Below are positions 48,499-58,200 of a stretch of 64,000 nucleotides of DNA, piece by piece (within the stretch, counting starts at the first letter, position 1; each line of letters starts with the position of its first letter). Source of the stretch: a virus (lineage: Duplodnaviria > Caudoviricetes); the IMG/VR virus record IMGVR_UViG_3300029288_000065, positions 96,001 to 160,000 of that record; one strand, written 5' to 3'. Both the position numbers and the translations under genes were made by a program. The notes under the pieces are model-generated. The model searched no databases, was not told where the DNA came from, and saw only the letters and a program-made list of their open reading frames with translations.

Positions 48499-48937
48499 AA
48501 CCAATATAGAAGAAAGTTAATAATAAATTCTTCTGAGGACAATAAGAAAACTTATCTATCTTGAAATGATTATGAGCCTTGTTCAAACCAGCAATCGCCA
48601 TGCTCCCAACACCATCAATCGTCAAACCAGCAACAATCAAAGCCTTTTTCTTGACCAACCGAACCTTCATCCTAACGCTGGAAATCAGAAACGTAGCAAC
48701 TGGGGTATGTCCTTTTTCAAAGAAATCATACCCCATCTTGAACATCAAGCAACATTGCCTCTTTCTTGATCTTGGTAATCCCTGTGCAAAATCTATTGGC
48801 AATGTCTCAAGTGATTCATCTTCATCGTTTGAAACAATTATGTTTATTCTGGGTATCACCCTCGTAACTTTTCTGCTCTTGAAAATTTTTTCAGTCTCTT
48901 CGGTGTGTAACTGGAGGTACTCTTGAAACTGAAACAT
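48458..48937 (-). CDS. hypothetical protein
   Basis: 159-aa ORF. Confidence 0.55.
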   Translation of the reverse strand: MFQFQEYLQLHTEETEKIFKSRKVTRVIPRINIIVSNDEDESLETLPIDFAQGLPRSRKRQCCLMFKMGYDFFEKGHTPVATFLISSVRMKVRLVKKKALIVAGLTIDGVGSMAIAGLNKAHNHFKIDKFSYCPQKNLLLTFFYIGFRSAKNDQLAQYN

Positions 48938-48942
48938 GGTGT

Positions 48943-49842
48943 CTACCCCGTGTCTGGTTTTTGGGAACTCATTTCCTTACTAAGTTCCCTGGCCCTGGTT
49001 GGCTCCATCTCCCCCATTGCTCTAGAAAGTAGACGCATCGCTTGATCAGCTCTCTCACTCTGATTCTTACCATGATCACTAAGTCTCGTCAGAGTAATCT
49101 TACCCCACATAAAAATACCAACTGCAATAATTGCCATCCAAAGAACATTCGTAGCAATAATAGTCCACATCATCTGAGTAGTAAACTGAGTAACATCCCT
49201 CCCGGCCTCAGTCTTCACAGTATCAATCTTATTGCTTAAACCGACCTGAGCCGCCACCTGAGCATCCAATCTGGCCTTCAACTCAGCATTCAACTTAATC
49301 TCACTCTCCAACTTCGCAGTCAAATCCCCAACCTGACTCTTAAATTCAGTCTTAATCTGGCCAATAGTATTGGTAAACTCAGCCCGCATATCATTCGTCA
49401 ACTTTATCTGATTGGTCAACGCCATTTCCATCTTATTTGTCAGAGTAATCTGGTTGTTCAATTTGGCATCCACATCGCCTACCTTACTTTCCAATTTATC
49501 TGCTACCTTTACAGTATTATTCATGGTGGCTTCAATACCTGTGAGTTTCCCAATGGTACTGGAGAGTGTAGCATCAAGGCCGGTCAATTTCTCGGCCAGC
49601 TTCCCAATTGGGACTCCGAAGAGTGCATTATTATTTTGTTGAATGGCGTTCTGACTGTCTGCTATCTTGGAATCGGTATATTTCTTGGCATCTTCACCTA
49701 CGGAAGCTTTTACTTTCTCGGCCACTTCTTGTTTTGCTTTTTCGATAAAATTGTTTATCTCTGGTTTTGATTCTGCGTTTTTCTGCTCTGCCGTGAAGCA
49801 ACCCGCCAAGAACACCAACGCCAGCAGAGGTAGGCATTTCAT
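48943..49842 (-). CDS. lipoprotein with long coiled coil and C-terminal TM helix (candidate unimolecular spanin)
   Basis: lipobox LAGC; heptad repeats; TM WTIIATNVLWMAIIAVGIFMW. Confidence 0.55.
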   Translation of the reverse strand: MKCLPLLALVFLAGCFTAEQKNAESKPEINNFIEKAKQEVAEKVKASVGEDAKKYTDSKIADSQNAIQQNNNALFGVPIGKLAEKLTGLDATLSSTIGKLTGIEATMNNTVKVADKLESKVGDVDAKLNNQITLTNKMEMALTNQIKLTNDMRAEFTNTIGQIKTEFKSQVGDLTAKLESEIKLNAELKARLDAQVAAQVGLSNKIDTVKTEAGRDVTQFTTQMMWTIIATNVLWMAIIAVGIFMWGKITLTRLSDHGKNQSERADQAMRLLSRAMGEMEPTRARELSKEMSSQKPDTG

Positions 49843-49852
49843 ACTTTTATCC

Positions 49853-52800
49853 TCAGACCATGTTATTGATGAAATACTCGAACAGGAGTTTTCTATCTTC
49901 CATTGTCATATTAACACATGCCAGACAATGATTCTTTGTTGTATTGTAAAGTTTCGCCATCCGAACCTCATCTCCCTCCTCCAAATATCTAACAACCCTA
50001 TTCTTGATAGGAGCACTGACGACACATTCAACGATCAACTTGGCCATTTCTCTTAGAGTTGGCTCTACATCTTCAAGATATAGGTTGTATATGTTCTGTT
50101 TGACTGTTTCGTCCTCTTTCTCCCAGGCGTTCAATGCTTCTTGTTCAATTTTGGCATGGAGGTGTTCTACTTCTTTCCTCTTTTCCTCATTTTCTTCGAA
50201 AGACTTATTTGGGTCAGGTTCAAATTCAAATCTCTTGTTTAGACGTTCTACTACATCATCAATATCCAGGAGTTGCCATCCCTTACTGGCGTCTGCTTCT
50301 TGTTCTTGCTGCCATTTGGCTTCCTTTTCTTCCTCTTCTTCCTGTTCTTGTGAGAGAGGTGTGAAACCGTATAATTTTCCTCTTCTGTCCTTTTCTTGTA
50401 GGAACATTGGCATATGGATTCTTGCCCATTCTGCCATGGCAGCAGGATCTTCACCGAATTTATACCGGAGGGCATATTGCCAGAATCTGTCCAAGTCCCA
50501 GTTAAAGAATACTCTAAATGTTGCGCGAGTACTTTCAACACCGGCATAAGGTTCGTTTTCTTGACGGTAAGAATCTGCAACGTCTCTGATCAATCCTATT
50601 GATTCATCCTCAGTCTCAGTTGCGAACAGCTTTTTCTCAGGCTCACTTTTCAGATCTATCACTTTACCAAGCAACTGAGTATTCCCACCAAATACCTTCT
50701 TCTTCCATTCATCTCTTGACATATAAGGATCACCCCATGAAGAAACAATAGCTGGATCATAAAGTAATACCAACTTTTTGAAGATTCTCTGTGCTCTGGC
50801 TGGACTAATTTCAAGTTGCATAGCCTTCCCGATGAAATTAATCTCTTTCTTCTTAATCATCTGAGCACGTGCGGCCAAGAAATCATCTCCAATTGGACCA
50901 CCATAAACCTTAGACTTCTGGTCAATATATTCCTTGTAAACTTTGGTCATATATTCATCGAATTTATCTCTAATAAAAGAACCTTCCTCGCCAGCAATAG
51001 AATCAGGTAAGCCGAATTTAATCCTATTGGCTTCAGCTCTGTAAAAATCATTCTTCCACAGGTTCTTATCGGCCTTTTGGTAGGTTCTGAGAACAGAATC
51101 ATTTATATCAAAATCGACATTATGGAGACCGAACCTATCCCCAACATTTACCTTTATACCCCTTGGGCCTGTGTAGGATACAGTACCAGTCTCTGGATCA
51201 AAATCTGTAACTTCAACTGTACCATTTGGAAGATCAACAGAAACATTCTCTCGGAAATTGACGTTTTGGTCAATCAGATCTTCTGAAGTGAATTTGTTGT
51301 GCGCTGGGACACTAGAAACATAACCAGTAATTACAGGATTCTTAAACTGTGAAACCAACTGTTCCTCAATAGCATTTCTAAGGCCTTCATGAGTGGTTAA
51401 TGTTTCTTGGTAAGTAGGATCGTTCTTGTCACTTGGTAATTCTATTCCCTTTATTGTCTTTCTTGGGATAGTAATATACATCTCATATTTCATATCTTTC
51501 TCACTCTCAATTTCTTTTTTGAAATAACGGGTGAACATTTCTACTTTTTTCTCAATGGGAACTTTTGCCATATTCTCTTGGAACTCTTCAAAATCAGTAA
51601 TACCATACTTGACAAAATCGTCCTTGTGCTGTTCCCAAGTCATCCTCTCATATTTCTCGATGTTGGACGTATTCCATCTAAATTTGGCACCTGCTACCCT
51701 ATCAACCGAGATGCCTGTTCCATTGGAAACCATAATATATGCTCTGTACATCCTGCCATTGACGTTTACTGCTTGTGGTTCTGGTAGATGTATTACCGTG
51801 AAACCTACGCCCTTCTTCATCAGTTCTGGTGGTGGTGGCTGATTCAGGACTACTTCACCTGTCTCAGGATTAAACAAGAAATCACCGTTGGTATCTCTCT
51901 TGACGTGGTAGGTTCCAGACCCAAGTTTGATAATGGTTGATTCATCTTTTAGGATCTTGCTAATTGTTGGAGTACTGGCACTTCTACCTCTTGCTTTGGA
52001 GAATGTAGCAGAGGTAATACTTGGGAGTTCAGGATTGGCGTCGTCAATTTTTCCATGGATCAGGTTTAGGTCGTCTATATCATATCCCTTCTTTAAATTC
52101 TTAAAGATAGTTGAGGTTACGTCATTGGCTAGTTGGACATAAGTTCTATCAGTAACATTTAATTCTTTGACATCACGGCTTACTTTCTCAAGTTCTCCTT
52201 GGATTAATTTGAACAGGCGTGGTCCATTGAATACTGAATTACCAGAGTGAATCATACCAGGAGGCATTTTCTGGTTTTTCTGAATATAACCATAGAGTTC
52301 TTTTTCGGAGAAGTCTTCCGCTGGTGTTTCAATAATCTGATCTACCATTTGGGATATTTCATCTCGTGCTGTGAAAAATTTCCCAGCAGCTTGACGCTTC
52401 GTTTTAGCTAATTTATACATATCCATTATGTCTTTTGGATTCTGTTTGGCGTCAAAGTCTTGCATGAACGCCATTAAATCTTTCTCCATCTGTGACATAA
52501 CCACCTTGAATTGTTGGATATAATCGTCACTTGTGCTTAGATCAAGAAATTCTCGTTTTGGAATATAGATCCAAAGTTCGTAATGTGCTGGAATTTTATT
52601 GCGTGGTGTAGAAGCTCGTTCAATTCTCTTGAATGGTTCCAGACCCTGTTCCTTCGAAGTTGGTGAAATCATATCTTCAGCATAGTATTGGTATATTTTC
52701 TCCAGAGTGTCCCGTAACATCTCATATTCAGCAATTTGTTCCTCGTTGAAACCTGAATTCTCAATGGAATAAAGTGATCTTCTTGAGCCATCAGATTCTT

Positions 52801-55213
52801 CACCCAGATCCATTAAAGTCCGTTCGTAGGAAGCTTTTCTAAATGCGTTTAATCTGTCAACGATATCTGTTAGATAAGAATCAAAAAATACTTCCTTTTC
52901 TGTCTCTTCCAATGGGAGAGATACTGGACGCTTCTTATTTCGCATGATTAGATTCTTCTGGTCATCGAACCACGACCCATATTTCTCAAACGCCGCAATA
53001 ATATAATCTTGGGTGGCTTTCCCAGAATCTGGGTCATTAAGCATCTCATCTAACGATGACGAAATCCTATCCAGGTATAATCTGACAAGCATTTTCTTCT
53101 TGGTTTCGCGGTCTTTTCTATACTCCTTACGAATTCTTCTATCATGATCTCTAACTTCTGGTGATTCCTTTATAGACTGGATCATATACATCCAGGATGG
53201 GTAAGATCTCCCACCACGAGTGAAAGGCTTAGATTTGTCAACTTTTTTCTGGATTGGAGGGGCAGCACCCTCAGCTTCACAAATTACTTGTTCCAAATGC
53301 TTAAAAATATCCTCTGCAACTGCTGGCATTTTGGATTTCTTTTGCTTTAATTCAGCTGGCAGTAGTTCCTCCAAAGATCGTCGTGATGTAAAAGGATCTT
53401 CCTTATCGCTATCTGTTTTCTTTATCTCAATCTTTAACTTTGGATTCCCAGAGATTACAGCCACCAAATTAAAAATCGTCCTACCCAAAGCAACTGTACC
53501 CAGTTCATACTTCGGCAATGTCCCCTCTTTCAATTTTCTGGTATCAACATTGGTATCAGCCAATTTCTCGACAACGGTCGCAGAGAGAGCAACAATGGGA
53601 TCTTTGGATGTCTTGTAAGAGTCAAAGTTCGCAGTTACAGATTCCTTGACATTATCCATCTGTTTCTTTTTGTGAGCTTGGAATTTCTCAAGAAGTCCTT
53701 TTATATAATTTAGATCATCGAGAGTGTCAATTTTCCCGATCTTTATCCGTTTAAGGAATTCTGGGTCTAAATTTTGTGACCCTATTTCTTTTACTGCTTC
53801 TCTGGTTGTATCGATAATATCTTCAAATCTTGCTGAACCACCAACTTTTCTATACTCATCCTGTAGAGTTTTTAGATCACCATTCTTTTTGGCTGTTGTT
53901 AATTTCTGGAGTAATGCTGTTTTCTCTTGTGAACCATACTCAACATATAATGTTTTTAGGCTTTCCAATGCCTTCATGTATTTTTCTTTTGTGTTTGGAT
54001 AAAGTTCCATTGCTCTCTTTGGGAGGTCTCCTATGCTCTTTAGGAGATCATTATATTCATCTTGGGTGATCATTTTTTGTTCGAGATTATACTTCAGTAG
54101 ATCGGAAGTATTCTTTTGGAGTCTCTTTAAAGCTGTCTGTAGGTCGCCTGATCTAACTTGGGACATTTCATTGAATAATTCCAATGTGAATTGGTCAGTT
54201 AATATATCTCTGAATTCGTCAAGTGTAATGTCACCAGCATCACTAAAGTCCAGTTTGATATTTTTTAGAATATCAACTTGTTCTCCTGAGAAGAGATCTG
54301 GTCTTGTTAATAATGCTGATAGCATTGTCATTGCATCGGCAGATCCAAGATTTTTCTCTTGGAGGAAATCTATTTGCCCATCTGATAATTTACTTCCACC
54401 AGAACCTATAAATGCTTTTCCACTTATCCTTATTGTGTTAAAACTAATCTGGTTTATGATTTGATTTATTCTCTGTACAGCTTCTGGATTTATTCCCTTG
54501 TCATTTCGTACATCGTTTATTCTATTTGTCAGAAATACTTCGTTGTCAATTTCATCTTGGGTTGTTGCCTGTTTCTTGGCTTTCATAATATTATCAATGA
54601 TGTTGTTTATAGTACATTTCCCTATTTTGTCATTAATATCATCATATTCACTCTTGACCTGATCAAAATCTTTCTTTGCTTTGATATATGATTGGTATGA
54701 TTTCTTACTGTGTTCTGTTGGTCTCGATACAAAGTCACTCCATGAGGAACCATACTCTTTTAAGAAGTACCTGATCTTCTCAATTGCTTTTTGTGTTTCG
54801 GCGTTTACTGCGTCACTGCCTTTCTTTTCATCAGTTGGTAGGATTGGATTATTTGGGAACCTGTCATTGTAGAGTTTCCAGAGTTCTGTTCCTGTGAATT
54901 CTGCGTGGGACCACTGGGTACTTTGGTCGCCACGTCGAAGTGCATCATATAATGCTGCTCCGAGGACTGCTTGCTGGATTTCTGGGTCCCAGTCTTTTCC
55001 AAGTTTTCTGGAGATTAGCTGAACTTGGCGTAGGATTTGTTTGCGTCGTCTGGCGTTCTGTAATCCTGTCTTTAGATTCTTGGTATCTTCGTCTCCTGTT
55101 TCTTCTGGTTCTATACTGGGGTCTACTCTTTTCCTTTGTTCTTCTTCTCCGGCTTCTGATAGTATACTGGGTCCATGGCTTGACAGCGGTAGAAACTTAT
55201 TCTTCACAGTCAT
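49853..55213 (-). CDS. giant (1786 aa) putative virion protein
   Basis: uninterrupted ORF, ILSEAG near the N-terminus, charged helical composition. Confidence 0.75.
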   Translation of the reverse strand: MTVKNKFLPLSSHGPSILSEAGEEEQRKRVDPSIEPEETGDEDTKNLKTGLQNARRRKQILRQVQLISRKLGKDWDPEIQQAVLGAALYDALRRGDQSTQWSHAEFTGTELWKLYNDRFPNNPILPTDEKKGSDAVNAETQKAIEKIRYFLKEYGSSWSDFVSRPTEHSKKSYQSYIKAKKDFDQVKSEYDDINDKIGKCTINNIIDNIMKAKKQATTQDEIDNEVFLTNRINDVRNDKGINPEAVQRINQIINQISFNTIRISGKAFIGSGGSKLSDGQIDFLQEKNLGSADAMTMLSALLTRPDLFSGEQVDILKNIKLDFSDAGDITLDEFRDILTDQFTLELFNEMSQVRSGDLQTALKRLQKNTSDLLKYNLEQKMITQDEYNDLLKSIGDLPKRAMELYPNTKEKYMKALESLKTLYVEYGSQEKTALLQKLTTAKKNGDLKTLQDEYRKVGGSARFEDIIDTTREAVKEIGSQNLDPEFLKRIKIGKIDTLDDLNYIKGLLEKFQAHKKKQMDNVKESVTANFDSYKTSKDPIVALSATVVEKLADTNVDTRKLKEGTLPKYELGTVALGRTIFNLVAVISGNPKLKIEIKKTDSDKEDPFTSRRSLEELLPAELKQKKSKMPAVAEDIFKHLEQVICEAEGAAPPIQKKVDKSKPFTRGGRSYPSWMYMIQSIKESPEVRDHDRRIRKEYRKDRETKKKMLVRLYLDRISSSLDEMLNDPDSGKATQDYIIAAFEKYGSWFDDQKNLIMRNKKRPVSLPLEETEKEVFFDSYLTDIVDRLNAFRKASYERTLMDLGEESDGSRRSLYSIENSGFNEEQIAEYEMLRDTLEKIYQYYAEDMISPTSKEQGLEPFKRIERASTPRNKIPAHYELWIYIPKREFLDLSTSDDYIQQFKVVMSQMEKDLMAFMQDFDAKQNPKDIMDMYKLAKTKRQAAGKFFTARDEISQMVDQIIETPAEDFSEKELYGYIQKNQKMPPGMIHSGNSVFNGPRLFKLIQGELEKVSRDVKELNVTDRTYVQLANDVTSTIFKNLKKGYDIDDLNLIHGKIDDANPELPSITSATFSKARGRSASTPTISKILKDESTIIKLGSGTYHVKRDTNGDFLFNPETGEVVLNQPPPPELMKKGVGFTVIHLPEPQAVNVNGRMYRAYIMVSNGTGISVDRVAGAKFRWNTSNIEKYERMTWEQHKDDFVKYGITDFEEFQENMAKVPIEKKVEMFTRYFKKEIESEKDMKYEMYITIPRKTIKGIELPSDKNDPTYQETLTTHEGLRNAIEEQLVSQFKNPVITGYVSSVPAHNKFTSEDLIDQNVNFRENVSVDLPNGTVEVTDFDPETGTVSYTGPRGIKVNVGDRFGLHNVDFDINDSVLRTYQKADKNLWKNDFYRAEANRIKFGLPDSIAGEEGSFIRDKFDEYMTKVYKEYIDQKSKVYGGPIGDDFLAARAQMIKKKEINFIGKAMQLEISPARAQRIFKKLVLLYDPAIVSSWGDPYMSRDEWKKKVFGGNTQLLGKVIDLKSEPEKKLFATETEDESIGLIRDVADSYRQENEPYAGVESTRATFRVFFNWDLDRFWQYALRYKFGEDPAAMAEWARIHMPMFLQEKDRRGKLYGFTPLSQEQEEEEEKEAKWQQEQEADASKGWQLLDIDDVVERLNKRFEFEPDPNKSFEENEEKRKEVEHLHAKIEQEALNAWEKEDETVKQNIYNLYLEDVEPTLREMAKLIVECVVSAPIKNRVVRYLEEGDEVRMAKLYNTTKNHCLACVNMTMEDRKLLFEYFINNMV

Positions 55214-55258
55214 ATGAATTCTCCGTTCTGTCTCTATATATTTTTGAATATAATTGTT

Positions 55259-58200
55259 TTAGATCTCTTCGAAATCACCACTTGGTCCAGGTTTCAGACC
55301 CAGTTGTCGTAATTTCTCTTGCCTCTTCAACTCTTGCTCACGAGATGCAGACTTTCCTGTAGGAATTGTAACCTTGGCACCAGGACGAGCCTCAATGCCA
55401 TAGTACCCATGTGGAGGTGCAGGAGATGGAGTAATAACCTCTTCTTCCTCACCCTCCTCACCCTTTTCAGGATGATATTTCGCAGGGCCAACATACCTCT
55501 GTAATACCTTCTTAACATTCGGATCTGTCTCCTTCTGATAGAGATCCCAAATCTTATCAAAAGATGTATTCTTCCACTTTCCACCACCAACCATCAAGCT
55601 CTTCAGAGCTGTCAACATAGTCTCATCCGGGCCAGCATCCAAAATTCTTGAGATTGTACTATCGACCATTTCCTGATTTGGTTCTTTTAGACGGTCAATA
55701 AGTGACACTGCAGTATTTTCAGAGATTCTACCACCACTATCAGCTGCGAAATGTGCTGAAGTAAGATTCTTGGAAATATATCCAGCTTCATCCCTCAATG
55801 CCAATAGGAAATCCTCTTCATTATCATAAGTATTTATATTCTCGTCCCCAACCCTATGAGCTTGGAATTTTACTTCCAAATCATCAGCCAAAGGACCAAT
55901 ATTGGCATTTGACAATTCATTTGCAATTGCAACCAAATCCTCATCGCTCATTTCTGATAGAGCTTTTATCTGCTTTTTGGAATTCTTTAATGATAGAAGA
56001 ATTGCTCTCTCATCGTCTTTATCTGGGAAAGTAACACCATACTTCTTACTATAATACTTGACATATCTAACATCCTTTGAGATATCAAGCTGAATATCAG
56101 CAATATCAGATGAAGAATAATATTTTCCAGTCTTTGAATCATAAAAATTCCTGGAATTCTTCAACTGTTCCAGTAACTTTTCTTGATCTGCCAAATCTCT
56201 TGTCAATTTGGCCTCTTCTGGACCTGGTTCAGCATTTCTCAATTTTGTCCTAATGGTAGAAATTGTACCATTAACTTTCTTGATTCTTTCTGTGTCAATA
56301 GCTGGACCAACTTTCCTCTTTTCTGGAGTAGTTGATACTTCTCGGAGTTTTAATCTCTTGGCTATCTCCTGTGCCTGACTAGCAATATTGGCTTTATATT
56401 CTTCTGTGTCTACCTTGGCCAGTCTTCCTGTTATTTCACCTGCGAACATCATAATGGCATTGGAAATCTGTTGTGGGTCAATAGCTTCACCAGTTTTTGC
56501 TGATTGTCTCTTTATAGCTGCTACCTTTTGACGTGTAGCGTAAAGTTCCAAGTCTGTGTCCAGGGAAGCCATTAGATTTTGGTGTACTAGTCGTCGTACA
56601 TCTTCTGGATTCTGTTGTGGGTCCATCCCTTCTGGGAGAGAGATAGCGAAGTTACTCTCTTTATCTTGCCAAGAGTTTGAAGCTTTCCTGCGTAGTAGTT
56701 CTCTTCTAACATCATCAGTCAATTTTATAAGGATTGGATCGTTTGGATTTTTTGGATCTGGTTCTCTTGGTTGTACGCTTTCAAGTCTATCTATAATCTC
56801 ATCGAATAATTTCATTGGATCATCTCCTTTTCGGAGGGATCCAATCATTTTCAACATGGTATCAACTTCTGTGTCAGTAAACTTTCTTACGCCTTGATCG
56901 TCTTGGACGCCACGGAGGGCATTTTTCATGATTTTTGGATCTGTTATTTGTTCGGTGTCAAATCGTTCTTTTATGTTCCTTGCGTGTTCGACCAGTTCGT
57001 CAAAGTCTGGACGAATTAGTTCTCTGAAGTATTCATCATCTGGGTCGAATGTTGGTGATGCCTCAAATGACATACCAGTCTCTGGATCTCTCCAGAGATT
57101 CTTGTTCGCTGGCATCTTGAAGCCAGTTACAGGATCATGCCACTCATACTTGAATACCTTTTTGGTACCAAGGAGATCTCTAAAGAAACCAACTTTGGCC
57201 TGATCGTCATGAAGTCCAAATTTTAACATCAATAGATTTCTCTCACGGTCTGTGAGAGATGGAATTTTCATTATCATGTCAACGGTATCATGAATTTGGG
57301 CTATTGTGTCTGGCGTTGGTACGCTTAGGGATTTCTGTGTATCTATTAATTGTTCTCTCTTATCGCCGGCTCCTTGTATTTCTTGGTCAAGTGATAGAGT
57401 TGTTGACAATGGGATTGGACGTACGAAAACAAATTTGTTCAAGTACCTCTTCATGTTCCAATCACTACTTAAGTCCAACAGAGCAACATTCTTGGCACTG
57501 TTGAGGGTTTGACTTCGACCTTCCTCATCCTTTACCTTGTCAGCATAACCATTAAGTACCTGTCTAATGGTTTTATTAACCTGGCGTATCTTATCTCTGA
57601 ACTCCTGAGAAGAAGATCTCCCCTCGGATCTCTCATAATCATTTCGGATAACATAAGGCTTCCCGCCACGACCAGCAACTCGAATAGGACCAAATCCTTC
57701 CGTAAAATGCTTCCCATTGAGTACATCTTCCACAGTCTTTGGTATATCCTTATCAGGAATCTTACCAGTCTCTTTAAGACGTATGCCATCATGAGAGTAA
57801 AGTTTTCCATCTTGTGGGTTTAGGAATGTGTAAATCCACATTACGTAAGCTTGTACTGGGGCACTTACAATCAAGACATCCCAAGTTCCACCGGCTGGGT
57901 GAGCTGTAATTCGTCTTGATGGACCAGCCATAAACCGGTTGGACAATTCTTTATTAATAGTGAATAATACATACCTGACAAAACCGGGATTGGACCTCTC
58001 CATCCTTCTTCCTTCCGGTCCTTCCCTGAGTTCGTTTACCTTCTCTTCAACCTTCTTGGTAGTGAAGTTCTTATTGGACACCAATTTCTTGGCAACTTCC
58101 ATTGGAGTTACATCTTTCCACCATGTTGGTCGACCATTTTCCAGAATATCATCCGTCCAATATAACGATCCTTCTATGAATTCCAATCCGTCATATACCT

